Source of the DNA: Glycera tridactyla
Lineage: Eukaryota
NCBI GenBank assembly: GCA_965644265.1
Contig: OZ286465.1
Location: 70,804,001 to 70,868,000, forward strand
DNA: 64,000 nucleotides
Direction of reading: 5' to 3'
Shown here: one piece after another, positions 13,298-26,829 of the stretch
Numbering within the stretch: the first letter of the stretch is position 1
Layout: each line of letters starts with the position of its first letter
The notes under the pieces: generated by a model
Seen by the model: only the letters and a program-made list of their open reading frames with translations
Database searches by the model: none
Told to the model about the DNA's origin: nothing
Made by a program: the position numbers and the translations under genes

Positions 13298-16200
13298 TAC
13301 TTATATGAAAATCATCTCAAGAGAACCTATTGAACAGCACAAATTCAGTGAGAGGGCTTGTAGAGCCATCCCACACATCAGGGTTTTGGCACTGGGTCAT
13401 TCCGGTAATTTCAGAGGCTCGGTTCTGAAATCCTAGACTCGAAGAAGCATGAATATGGTGGATGAGCTCGAGAATTGCCCATAATGTCTGAAATAATAAA
13501 AGAAATAAAGCGTTTCTAGGTAAATGAGGCTCTGGTGGTAAAATCATGGGGGGAAAGGCTTAGGTGGTGAAAAAAAGGCCGAGGCGGGACTGTATGACCC
13601 TGCACAAACTCAAGCCCTGTCTTCACTTAATACCAAATGTATTCTATGACAGCCAGATTTAATTATAGCAACTCTCATGACAACTAATAACCCAATTAAT
13701 CATGTTCTACACATCGTGAGCCACTGGAGTGAGATCAAGATTGCCCTTGTCTGTTGTTTTTTTCACGCATCTAACCACTGACGATCACATCTGTACTGAC
13801 AAGACCTGGCACCAGCAATCGCAACAGTGAATACTAGGACAGTTTAATTGTGTCCTACGCCAAAAGGCATGTCAAATCTATGATATGTATATCTAATATA
13901 GTATGTGTGATGAGACAGCAAGGATGGGCAAAAATATATGGAGGAAGGCACATGGAAGCATCACTGCTGTGACCTGTCTGAATGTTACTGCTCAAGAAAA
14001 CTAAAATGAGAACATCACTCATCCAAATCTCCAGTGGCTCTCAAATCCGGTGTTGGTAGAATTGTTCATTTCAGTCAACCTATTCCAAGCCAACAAAATG
14101 TAATTTCTGTCCCAAAATGCTCGCAATGGTTTGACAATTGTTCACATCAGATGTTGACACGTTTTCACTGTACATGCCCTCTAGAGTTTCTCCCATGTGT
14201 CACGTCCTCAGGACATGAATGTCAACATTCGATACAACCACGTCCAACCACCGTGGGCAATCACCACCCAAGAAACTTCCCCTTCAAGCATCTGTGACTC
14301 TGACCTGAGGTCACCACAACTGAAAACTTCACTATATCCAACCTGATGACCTACGCATGAATCTCTGATGTTAAAGGAAAGATAGAACTTCTGTAATATT
14401 TCCAGTCTTGTCTGTCATCTGTGACTAAATAAAAGTTGTACTGTGATGTTGGGAAGAATATTCATGAAGAAACAATTGATTTCCTCCTCACAGCTTCAAA
14501 TGCTGTGCTGAAATGAATATTATGTGGACAACTTCACAGTTCCATGAGTAGTTATAAAACTTATATCTACCCCATTTCTCAAGAGCACTGATCAAGGGCA
14601 TTGGTATCAGAACATCAAATACAATACTTACCGTAAACGGTCAACATAGGCGATTCTCTACTCCCACAGCAAAGATGTCAATCTCAAAATCCAGTAATTC
14701 TGATACTATCCCAGAAAGTTAGTTCGAGTCATGTGAAATGCAGCATCAGTATCCACCAGCTCTGTCTCCCAGTATACTCCTGTGTCACGTCACATCACAG
14801 TATGTTTTCTACTTCTCAACTAGTCACCTGTGTCAGGTACTAGTGACTACATGCTTGCTACAGTCATGCATCATTAAACCCTCACTACATCAATCACCCA
14901 GGTATATAGTCATCTGAGTCACTGAATATATACATCCGGGAAGCTTTATGTGACTAGTACATGGCATAGTGAAGACACAGGGGTAGGAGATGTGAGTCTT
15001 GAGCTGAAGCTGCTAACTAGCTGACTCCCATCCTTGGGATGTGACTGAGTAATGGAGACTGCTCGTCTCTCCTCCACGCTGTTTGAGCATCATCAATAGC
15101 AATCAATAGGGGGCGAGTAAGGGGGGTGTACAAGGAGATTACTTTCAAACAGAAACCACACTGTCTTCTGCCCTCATCTAGAGAGCAAACAACAATGATG
15201 TCAATGGTGCTTTACGCAATTAGGGCACGCCCTTTCATCCAGAGGTCACTCTACCTAACCCTTTGAGACTCACATTTTTGCACTATGATGAAAGATACTG
15301 AATACCTGTGACTTGTTTAGTATAATCTATGATACGAATAGCCTAAATGACAAAACATACACAGCAGCATATGTTGATTCTTAGGGTTCCTCAATCCACA
15401 GCCCAGAGGCTGCAACATTATGACCCAGGTATATATCCTAATGTGGTGAAGTGGGACCTGTGAAAAGAGACCAGCCTAAATGTCACTGAAAAAATGGTTT
15501 CTCAAGAGAGGTTGTACCTGCCAGAGGTATATTTGACTGTCACAAAAGAAGTGCCCCTAAGAGGTTCCCTGTCAGTGATGGTCTGTAATCAGGGTGGTCT
15601 CTAATCACAGGATTCACTGCAGGGGCACCCCCCCCCCCCCCCCAGCCCCCTTGCCCAGTCTCAACCATGGAGGACCTCCAAATTATTATGATTTCATCCC
15701 TTACTTTTCAAACAGGTTCAATAGCAAATAGTAAAAGAAATTATTCAAGAAATTCTGAAATTGAATGGATATCAAGTTCTGGAGAAAATCAGGACAAATT
15801 AAATGTGTCCTAGATGTTCCCAGGTAATGTCATTCTCAAAGAACTTGCTTTTTGATTGCTAGAGCAAAATCAATCTAATACAGTGATCTTAATGAGCTGA
15901 GGCATAATTAATGGGAAAATTATTGAATACCCTGGAATAATCTCATGGGTATTTGCTCTTAAAACTCCCAGCCAGAGTGTAGAGACTTCTCTAATTCCAT
16001 TTTTTGTTGAAGTCTGAATATTTTTTTTTGGGGAGGGGGGGGGGGGGGGGTGGGGGGATTGGCACCACTGCTAGTTAGTCATTGAATTGTTTTGTTTGTT
16101 AGTTTGGGGTTCAATGTCACATATACACCAGAATGATTATGTATGCTGGGTATTCCTGATCTATGAAAGCTGGTGTGTTCATTCCCCTGCAGGCATCATT

Positions 16201-17945
16201 GCCACAAACCCCCAGTAAGAGGGACAATGGGACAATCTCCACCCATCGTCACATCACAATAGTGACCATCTGACTTATGTGAGTAAACATTGTAATTATG
16301 ACGTAAGTGATGATGTCACAGGTATGTGGAACATGCCGAGACAGCTCATGCTTATCTAGGGGATTTTCTGATTTGAGAAGATGTATGGGTCTTGTGATGC
16401 AGTTTCTATGTGCCATTTCATATTTCTATGCCATAAGCCATATCTCATCAAATTATGCCGAAATTGCATGGGCCTTTTGGACACATATGCCATGCATTTA
16501 GCACAAGGCAAGAAGTTTCTGTTTATCATGTGCTAGTTTTGTGCAAATTTTGATGAGGGAGAACATGAATATGATATGATGCATTCTATACATTTTCCAT
16601 CAAATATCAGGAAAAGACATGAGGGTGATGGCACCCCCCTCCCCCATCAAGCAAGAAAATAATCATGGAATATGGACAGTAGTTGTAGGATACAACCAGT
16701 GCCATGTGGGACAAGCAGGGAAAGCATGTGTTGGTTGGTGGGCTGGATGGTTGTCTGGGGGGTTGAGGTTTTGATTGAGTATTGTCATTTCGGACTGAGA
16801 GTCTATTGTACTATGGAATTCCTCTTTTATTCAAATTATTGTATTCAGGGAGGAATGTGTGGAAATGAATACTTGATTGAAAAAAATAATCATAAATGTA
16901 TTTCGGGTTGTTTTTTCAATCATTTTATCTTCATAAAATACTATTAGCTGAAGGAAGAAGCACCATTGCCAGGGAACTTCCTCTTTTAGGGGTTGAGGGG
17001 CTCATTGGCATGTATCAACGCTGGGTTCACATGGAGACTATTTGATGGATGCTATGAAACTGATAAGGAGAAGCAAACATTGAAAGTAGCATTTTATTGA
17101 TCATTCCGTTACGTAATGTGCAATCACATCGGCTGGTTGGGTCTCTCCAAACTGTCAAGAACTTTTAAAGTCTCAGTTGAGTACATACAGACACTGATGG
17201 ATGAAAAATAAGCAATTTCAGGTCTCAGACGCTAGCAATTAATCCATACTTGATTTGCACTACTTTCTTGGAAACATAAAGCCATTTCACTCGACTCAAG
17301 GTTTCACTAAAAATTGGGGTAAGCATGAATTACTTCACGCAATAAGCATAGCAAGTGACAGTGCTTATTCTGATCATGGATAGAATTGATACATAAGAAT
17401 GTCGCTAGATGGCAGGTCAGTATGTCTTCAATCATGTGAAGTTATGTCGCTGACTGACGCCAGGTGACACTTTAGGATGCAGCTAACTTGCAACAACTCT
17501 CAAATGGGGCTGTGAGGTACACTCAAACATCAGAATGATTCCAGCAAACACTCTCGAATGAACTCCCATCTGGTGGCAATATGGGTACTAATTACTTGAA
17601 GACTCATGTTCCAATTAACAAACATGTTATCAGAACTTCATTTCATTTACACAGGAACAATTCAAACAAGACGCATGGCTCAAAGAGCAGCCCTCAGAGT
17701 TATGTAGGGCTTTGCACATCTCATGGAGAACATTTCCATTAATAAAATAAACAGCGACATCAGCAATGCCAATCTTTGATGGGCAAAAGTAATATTGCCA
17801 ATTTTTGCCAAGGAATAATGAGTAAAGTCTAGCATCATTTGTGAAAAGCAAGAAATTTGGCCTGAAAAGAGATACTGACTGACATACTGACCAGGAAACT
17901 GACTTGAATGACTGACTGACCGACCAACTGACTGCTCTTTGTTTG

Positions 17946-17946
<1 letters not shown>

Positions 17947-17991
<45 letters not shown>
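17947..17991 (+). repeat. (TTGA)n microsatellite
   Basis: Direct reading. Confidence 0.95.
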
Positions 17992-17992
<1 letters not shown>

Positions 17993-18200
17993 TATACTAG
18001 TTTATTAGCAAGTTTCAACTGATGGAATTATGTATGCCATGTGTTTCTAATCTTCACAACAAGGATGGTTTTCTCTCACAAACCTTGTTGTTGAATGGAA
18101 GTAGCTATAAAGCCATACCCCCTCTTTCTATATTTGATTACAGAGATGACCCCATGTATGGCATGTCCCTATATAGCTATGTATAACTGGTTTGAAGTTA

Positions 18201-19000
18201 ATAAATGAGCATGAACTAATCTTGAGGCACACTTCCCAAGCAAGACAACTGACATAGACAATACCAATAACAACATCATTTATTGCCAATGTAAGCAATT
18301 TTCTCCAGGAGAAAAATATTTCAATCAGACCTCTAGAGTCTTTTTAATACTACCGCCATCATTAGATTCATAGCGGCCAAAGTACAACTGATTACAGGGA
18401 TGCCAACTTTTGATGGGCAAAAATAGTAATGATGCCAATTTTTAAGAGTAATGAATTATGATCAGATGAGAAGAGTTGGAATTTCTCGTACAATGAAACC
18501 TTTCAAGGGAGACTGCCCCAAATGCCAGCCAAAAGCGGTCTCTCAAGAGAGGTGGTCTCTCATTGGAGGTATATTTGACTATGCCAAAAAGAAATGAGCC
18601 GATGAGAAGCAGTCTCTCAAAATAGGGCGTCTCTCATAAGAGGTTTCACTGTACCAATAATGTGCGTAAAATGCCAAAGAAGTGTTGGAATTTCTTGCAG
18701 TAATGATGAGCCTAAACCACCAAAATTCTAGGCCAAAAAGAGTAATCATTACTCCGAAATAGTACTGGTTTTGTAATGTATGAACATGAACTATTCTTGA
18801 GGCACACTTTCCAAGCAAGATGACTGGCATAGACAATACCTATGACAGTATCATTTATTGCTGACGTAAACAATTTTCTCCAGGATGATGCTAATTTTTA
18901 GGAGTAACGATCAGATAAGAAGAGTTGGAATTTCTGGTAGTAATGATGAGCCTAAAATGCAAAAAGAGTAATTATTACTACAAAATCATATTGGTTGGCA
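18201..19000 (+). repeat. Diverged local duplication, period about 575 bp
   Basis: CATGAACTA(A/T)TCTTGAGGCACACTT...TTTTCTCCAGGA at about 18210 and 18785. GAAGAGTTGGAATTTC is also repeated. Confidence 0.8.
18491..18651. mobile_element. MITE family A copy
   Basis: TA flanks, CAATGAAACC / GGTTTCACTG ends, central TTTGACTATGCCAAA. Confidence 0.8.
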
Positions 19001-19064
19001 TCGCTGTGATTATCAACTGTTGATCAAGATAAGGAATGAGGTGAAAATTATTTTTTGTACTCAC

Positions 19065-19147
19065 CATTGTCACCGCAGTCGAGGATGCCTTGCTTGCGAA
19101 CAGATGCCAAACGAGGATCCAACCAATGAGTAGTTTCCGTACTATGG
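19065..19147 (-). CDS. MAGI: MAGI exon: second half of WW1
   Basis: Translates (D)HSTETTHWLDPRLASVRKQGILDCGDN-G, completing WW1 (YFID-HSTETTHWLDP). Acceptor is ttgtag and donor is gtgagt. 83 nt, phase 2 to phase 1. Absent from the ORF track; found by manual search. Confidence 0.92.
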
Positions 19148-21072
19148 CTACAACAAATCAATATATGTCAACAAATTATTCACAGCAAATAAAAGAAGTG
19201 ACAATCAGATGCTGATGGTTGGTCATGCAATCACATCTCTCATCCACAAAATGCATTAGCTTTTGTTCACAATGTGTACCAATGTGTTGATGTCATATAT
19301 CAGGGAAACACAAAATGATGGAATAATGTGCCAGTACTGGCTTGTCAAGGGGTGTAGGAGGTTTGCCTGTATCAGACCAGTACTGGAATACCTTACCAGT
19401 GATGTGCCAGTACTGGTTTGCCTGTTCAAGGGGTGTAGAAGGTTTGCCTGTCACTGCACAAGATGGTACCGGGCAAGTACCAAGTCACTAACAACATAAA
19501 ACTTTGCCTGATACTGGCCCAATACTGTCACTTTTGTGGGAACCTCCTCAAAGAAAGCTCTGAAAACACCCATGCACCGACCACAAAAGCACCAGCCATC
19601 TAGTTAGATCATGCATCAGATCAAAAGTTTCTTTCAAATCTCAGCAGCTCCTAACAGAAGTAATTTGCGATGAAACATCCCGATGAAAAATTCTAATCAG
19701 AAATGCGATCTATCAGGTATGAAAAATGATATTGCAACCTGTGTACCATGTTGTATCCTAACAATCAAGTATTGGAAACAAGCAACATCTCATGAAAAAT
19801 TCTCGTGATGTTTCTACCAATTGTTCAACTGGTTCTTCCCGGATGACCAGTTTTGATTCATCAGTTCCTTGTGTTTCCACCAGTTGTTTGGCTCATGCAT
19901 ACTCAACACCTGCTCAGGTACATCTGGTCCTGGCTGAATGTTTCAGGGTGGAAATGTACACCTTTAACCCTGACCACATGTGGTTTCATCATGGGGAGAC
20001 CCCAGCACACCAGTCCTCATAAGACATCACTTGCTTGAATTTCATCCCTAGAACCATGAGAGATACATGGCAATCAGACATGGAAATTTATAACCCAGTC
20101 TGCATATCATGTTGTAACAAATCCCTGAAATATTTAACATAATGGGGGGGGGGGGGGGGGAGGGCAATCCTATCTTTTTTATCTATTTCTGGGATCTGTA
20201 ATACCCCGATGACTTTCTAGAGTTTCTCTTGATAATTGTCACAACCATGCAGAATCATCATTCTCTTGAGGAATGCTTTCATGGGTAGAACAATTGGATC
20301 ACTTCATTAAGAAGAACTCTAATTGATCGGGAATATGCATTTGATTGAATATTTCATTCCGATAAAATGCTCCCTGAATTGCTGAAATTATTTCCATTTT
20401 GTTGAAACCAATTGCTAAAATGTTTTTCACCCTAGCTCATTCCCAGATGAGTTTCAATTGTAAAGTATGCGCTGTACACTCAAATGCAGGAATGATTGAT
20501 TCAAACATAAAAGGCAATCACTTTGTTTGCTTCGCATACCTGAATCAATCATTCTATTCAACTTTGGTTTTTCTCTGATCTCTTGCAAGTAGATTTATTG
20601 TGCCCTTTTTATCAAAAAATTGCAAGTAAAGCTACCAAGTTCAACTGATGAATATGCCTGAAGTTGTTGTTCAGATTGATTTCTTGAACATGAATATTTT
20701 GATCAGTATGTGTAGGAGGAAAATTGTTTTTTATCCTACACAAATCAAAATACAAAATTCGAGTGCATACCTTGCTACTTTGAACCATAACCCAGAAAGG
20801 AAAATTCTTAGTCCTTAGTGAAAACTGATTCAAATCAAAGTACACATCTCCACTTCTGCAAAGCAAATCTGCTCATAATGCTTCTCTGCATCATAAGTTG
20901 CTTCTCATTTCCACGAGCACAAAGCAATTTCTTCTATTTGAGAGATAATCTGAGTAAAAATAGACCATCCTCGAGATATTCAACACAGAAGAGCAAACAC
21001 AGATGTGGGTATTTCCCAACTTCCTTCCATATTTGGGCCATTGAATCGAACATGAGGAAATTAATGGTGATA

Positions 21073-21314
21073 CAGTTGAACCTGTCTACAGTGACCACCT
21101 TAGGTCACATCAACAAGTGGTCTTTGTAAATAGGTGGTCTTCAAGAGAAGATGTTTAACCTAATTGCCCTCAAACCAGCCGAAAACGGCTTACAGTGGTC
21201 CCCTTCAAAATGGCTCAAACCTGCTTTAGAAAATAAAATCCCAGTGACTGCTGAGGGTGGCCTTTGTATGCTTGTGCCTTTGTATAGAGGTGGTCCCTCA
21301 AGCAGGTTTGACAT
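21073..21314. mobile_element. MITE family B-related copy
   Basis: TA-CAGTTGAACCTGTC start and CAGGTTTGAC end. Similar diverged copies lie at 3940-4093, 40650-40815, 41194-41350 and 56424-56610. Confidence 0.6.
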
Positions 21315-21665
21315 TCTCCACCTTCTCAATGTACTCTCCTACCAGCCACTGGTGAACCCTGGAAAGGGTAATAGGCCGGTCATGCTGAATCGTGACATTT
21401 CCAAATAGATGTCATACCATGAATAAGGAATGTATTATCTGGAAATAGCTGCAATAATTAGCGCATACTGGTTAATGGGTCACCCTCATGTCTACATACT
21501 AGAAGTACATTAAATGCTCCTATAGCCACAAACTGAATTATCTATTGCATATAGAATATCAGAAATACTGTGGTGGGCTGAGGATTTCTATCAGATAAAT
21601 ACAGACTCCTCTGAGGCCGCTTAAAACTGACTACATGAAGTTCATGCATCACTCTCACACTTGTA

Positions 21666-21697
21666 CAATCGAACCTGTCTATCAAGGCCACCCTTAA
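21666..21697. mobile_element. Left half of the MITE B copy split by the 10.1-kb insertion
   Basis: TA-CAATCGAACCTGTCTATCAAGGCCACCC-TTAA. Confidence 0.7.
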
Positions 21698-23029
21698 CCC
21701 TATAGCCCTTAAAGCGGGACAAAACGGGATTGGAGTTGTCAAACTGCCAGTATTTTGTAAACAAACACATGCTCCGAGAGAAATACTGATCGCACACGAA
21801 AAAAACGATATCGTATCGAAAGCTTGGAAGTTGCCTGTCAATCTGATATAGATATCGTGATGTAATATTGATTATCAGGCGAGGATTAAGCCAAAATAAA
21901 GCAGGATAACCGGGAAAATCATCGCGGAACGGCGCCATTTTGTGCCCGATGATGATTTGACAGGTCTCACAAAGATCGATCAGAAGTGCCGAAAAAACGT
22001 TTCCAGATCGATAAATACCTGATTGGGTGAAAGCCTGGAGTCTCACGAATGTGGGGATGTGTTTATTGTTGCAAAGTATGCCATATTTCCAAAGATATGA
22101 TCAAGTGATCATGGAGCTGTCAGCCACTAACGTGTGTGATCACTGACAAGCGCCAGAAACGGGAGCCGGAAGTGGCTTTGTTTACATGACGTCTAAGAAG
22201 ATTTCCCGCCAAAATCAATGTTACCACGTGCTTCCATACTCACTAGAAACTCTTATCTTTAAGTTCCAAACATATTTGGATCATTATTCTGCCCTGAAAA
22301 AGGATTGGAGTAGGTTTAATGGATTCCAAATTAAGAGAAACCATAATAAGAACTGAGTAGTGCATAGAGTTCGAGTTGTCAGAAGAGCTGGAGTAAGACT
22401 GCAGGCTGTCCAGTTTAGGGAACAAAAGCAAACTTATTCTCTATTTCAAGTGTGTTAGAAAAGAATTGGAACACCATAAGAGGCATTTTAGGGCAATCCC
22501 ATGATCGACATCGGAGATGAATATCACTTTATCATGAAATGTGCCTTGTAGAACCATCACTGCCCCAAGTTGCAAACATCATATTCTCATATGTTTTCAT
22601 ACCCATGACAAACTCTCACCAACCTATTTTGAACAATAGCATAGATGAATACCACTTTATTATGAGATTGGCTTTGGAGATGAGTTCCACTTTGTTATGG
22701 AATGCCTTATAAAGCCATTTGATTTGACAGCATACCAAGAGATCAACCAGGAGTGTCAAAAACATCTCAGAATCAATCAATATTCTGATGCAGTGAAGCC
22801 TGTAGTTTCATGGATGTGGGGATGTATATATTTGTGTAGAAATATGCACTGAATCTGGAGAGATGATCAAGTGATCATGAAGATGTCAGCAACCAATGTA
22901 CGTGATCATTTAACTATAAGTACAATTGCTGGCAATTCAGTTTAGGGGACAGAAAATATTGATTTTATTTTGAGTGTGACAAAAAAGAATGGGAAGCTCA
23001 TTAACCATGTTCAAGACCAAGCTGAAGAA

Positions 23030-23170
23030 CTACAAACGCGAGCTCCAGAAGTAGGAAAAAGCACCTAAGAACAAGAGATGAAGAGGCAGACAGAGAGTAC
23101 AAGAGAGCTAGAAACCCAAGTACGCCAACTGACAAGGAATGCGGAAAAACTACGAGAAAAGGATATCGCC
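23030..23170 (+). pseudogene. CR1 ORF2 linker fragment
   Basis: Reads EYKRARN..QVRQLTRNAEKLREKDIA across a frameshift, resembling the helix region upstream of the CR1 RT. Confidence 0.5.
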
Positions 23171-23428
23171 AATAACATCTTGGATGTGTTTATTGTGGCA
23201 TATAGTATGCCATATTTTCCAAGAAATGATCAAGTGATCATGGAGCTGTCAGCCACTATCATGTGTGATAGCTGACAAGCGCCAGAAACGGAAGTTGGAA
23301 GTGGCTTTGTTTACATAACGTTGAAGAAGATTTCCTGCCAAAATCAACATGCCCACATGTTTTCCTACTCACCAGAAACTGGGGTCAGACATATTTGGAT
23401 CGTTATTCTGCCATTAAAATAGATTAGA

Positions 23429-25211
23429 GTAGGCTGAAGTTCTCCCGAACAAATTCAGTAGTGTCTTCACTAGAGAACCACCAGGCCAAGTGCCAGACAT
23501 CCCACCAAGATCTGATTCAATTCTGACAGACATACACATATCCAAGGAGGATGTGGCAAAGAAGTTGAGAAATCTGAATGCTGGGAAATCATGTGGACCA
23601 GACAATATCCACCCTCGTATCTTGAAGGAGCTGGCAGAGACAATATGCTCACCACTGAAAGCCATCTTCAATGTATCCCTCAGTTCAGGCACACTGCCGG
23701 CAATATGGAAAGAGGCCACCATTTCTGCAATATACAAGAAAGGTGATAAAAAGGACCCTGGAAATTATAGGCCCGTCAGCTTGACCTGCATCACCTGCAA
23801 AGTCCTCGAATCACTTTTGAGAGAGAAAATCATAAGTTACATGAAACAGGAGAAGCTCTTCAGCAAGAAGCAATTTGGGTTCATCACAGGAAGGTTCACC
23901 TCTCTCCAGCTACTCCATGTAATGGAGAAGTGGAACAAAATCCTTGACAACAACAGGAGTATAGATGTCATATATATATGGACTTCATGAAGGCATTTGA
24001 CACTGTGCCTCATAAACGCCTTCTCGTCAAGGTAAAATCATATGGAATCAAGGGAGTCGTCCTAAACTGGATTAAGTCATTCTTGTCTGATAGAAAGCAG
24101 AAAGTACAGGTGAATGGGGAATACTCAGAGTGGAGAGATGTGACAAGCGGAATTCCACAAGGCTCAGTACTTGGACCAATCCTCTTTGTCCGATATATAA
24201 ATGACCTACCAGATGCAATAAGCTCTGAAATATATCTGTTTGCGGACGATACAAAATTATTCCGCAGGATCGAGACACAGGCTGATAAGACTTTCCTACA
24301 ATCAGATTTAGATGTCCTCATGGAATAGCAAACCGCTGGCTGTTACGATTTCATCCAGATAAATGCAAAGTAATGACGGTTGGGCGGCAGTCAGAGCAAG
24401 GACATTACCATCTCAAGCAACCTGATAGAAATAGCCCACTTGAACGAACTGAGAAAGAGAAGGATCTAGGTGTAAACATTGACAGTAATTTGAACTTTAA
24501 GTCAGAAATAAATTGCAGGGTAAATAAAGGAAATAGCATCGCAGGTGCCATCCGCAGGAGTTTTACCCACCTGGACATGGAACTTTCAGTACGTTGTTTA
24601 AGGGCCTCGTCCGCCCGCACTTAGAGTATGCAGCCACAGTGTGGAAACCCTACTTGAAGAAAGAAATCGAGGCGCTGGAGAATGTACAACGAAGAGCCAC
24701 CAGACAAGTGCCATGTCTGAAAGGACTAAGCTACGAGGATCGACTGAGAAAGCTAGACCTGCCAACATTGGAGTTCCGCTGTATGCGATGTGATGTCATT
24801 GAAGTTTTCAAGATACTAAATGGCATCTATGACCCTGAGATAGAACCGATCCTGGATCTGCACCATCAGTCTGTTAGTAATATTACAGGAATGGAAAACA
24901 CCAGACCGGAGTACCAAGGGCTAGCCACAAGAGGACACCGACTGAAGCTCAAGAAACATCATGTGAACCTCAACATCGGGCTACATAGCTTTGGACACAG
25001 AGTTGTGACCATGTGGAATAAGCTGCCGTAAGATGTGGTGACCGCTCCAAGTCTCAACTCCTTCAAGAATAGACATGACAAGCTGTGGAAAAATCATCCA
25101 TTGATGTACAACTGGGAAGCAGACGAACTGAGCGGCACATGATGAGTGAAGAGGAGATCTGGGCAACGAGGCCATGTAGCCTGCGCCCAGAATACACCTA
25201 AGTAAGTAAGT
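23429..25211 (+). pseudogene. 5'-truncated CR1-type LINE ORF2 (reverse transcriptase) with intact 3' end
   Basis: Motifs KSCGPDNIHP, NYRPVSLT, MDFMKAFDTVPH, SGIPQGSVLGP, LFADDTK, EKDLGV, VRPHLEYA and VQRRAT. Frameshifts near 23975, 24330 and 24595, and a TAG at 24326-24328. 3' stem-loop at 25159-25190 and a (TAAG)n tail. Confidence 0.93.
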
Positions 25212-25279
25212 GTCATTGATTCACAATTGAGAGAAACCATAAAAAGAACTGAATAGTGGGTTGAGTAAGAATGCAGACT

Positions 25280-25570
25280 ATTCAGAAGCTGCAAACAGCT
25301 TGAATAATTATTTCTCATCAGTATTCACATATGAAGACAAAATGAAGATGCCAAACACACCTGGCATGTTTACTGGTACATTGAAGGAGAGAGTAACAGA
25401 TTTTGATGTAACACAATGAGCGATCACTAAACTCTTAGGTATGTTGAAAGAAAATAAGGCCCCTGGGCCCGACAAGATCTACCTCAAAATCTTGAGAGGC
25501 TTGCAATGAGCTTGCAACACCACTGAAAACAGTTTTTCAGAGGAGTCTATCAAAAGGAGTAGTAGAAGGG
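25280..25570 (+). pseudogene. Second, divergent CR1 ORF2 fragment (pre-RT region)
   Basis: Reads EAANSLNNYFSSVFTYE...LKENKAPGPDKIYLKIL...LATPLKTVFQRSL, with a stop and a frameshift. Confidence 0.75.
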
Positions 25571-26829
25571 AAAATGGTGTCAGAAAAAGAATGAGAACAC
25601 CATCTGAGGCGTTTGAGGAGAACTATCATAGTTGACATTGGAGATGAATATCACTATATTATGGCTTGTGAGGTTCAAGTTGTCTTGGAATCTGAAGTAA
25701 AACTGCAAGCTGTTCAGTTTGGGGAACAGAAAAAAACGTTTTATCTAAAGAGTGCCAAAAAAGAATGAGAACACCATCTGAGGCATTCAAGGAGAACTAT
25801 CATAATTGACATTGGAGATGAATATCACTTTATTATGGTTTGTGCCTTATCAAAACATTGCTGCCTCAAGTTACAAACATCACATTCCCATCTTTTCCTA
25901 GCAACTAGAAACTCTCATACCTCAATTTTGGACATATTTGGGTCATTATTCTGCCCTAAAAATAACTTGGAGTATGTTGAATGGATGAACAATGTTGCCC
26001 ATTTAATCAAATATCATTGATGAATACCACATTGTCATGTACACACACTGTTCTCGTCATGGAGCACAGACCTACTTCTCAACATTTGCCAAATTAACTG
26101 CTCACTAACTATGAATTAAGTCTGGTAGATACACCTAGACACCACTTGAGGAATGATATTGCCCATTTACTCAAATATCAGAAGCAATTAATTCCTTGCT
26201 GCCTAGTAGCCAGTAGTCTCACGAGTGTGGGGCTGTATCTATCGTGTAGAAATATGCACTGAATCTGGAGAGATGATCAAGTAATCATGTAGATGTCAGC
26301 AACCAATGTGCATGATTGTAGGATGTGAAATACAAGTGCAGGCGATTCAGTTTAGGGGAAGTGAAAATATTGATATTATCTTGAGTGTGTCAAAAAAGAA
26401 TCGGAACCTCATTAACATTTTGAAATGTCAGCTGCAACAGTACACACGCTGTTCTCGTCAAGGAGCTCAGACATACTTCTCAACATTTACCAATTAACTG
26501 CTCACTAACTATAAATTAAGTCTTGCAGATACACCTAGACACCACTTGAGGAATAATTTTGCCCCTTTACTCAAATATCATTGATGAATACCACATTGTC
26601 ATGTGATTGACTTTGGAGATGAGTACCACTTTGTTATGGAATGTCTGATCGAGCCATCTGATATGACAGCATCCCAAGAGATCAATCGGAAGTGTCAAAA
26701 ACATCTCAGAAGTAATTAATTCCTTGCCGCCTTGAAGCCAGTAGTCTCACGAGTGTGGGGCTGTATCTATCGTGTAGAAATATGTACTGAATCTGGAGAG
26801 ATGATCAAGTGATCATGGAGATGTCAGCA

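Noticed and set aside
1-19064. MAGI WW2 exon
   Set aside because: A manual search for LPxGWE and YY(I/V)D patterns found no match. It probably lies beyond the left edge of the window.
24010-24620. Minus-strand ORFs over the CR1
   Set aside because: Antisense shadows of the RT coding sequence.
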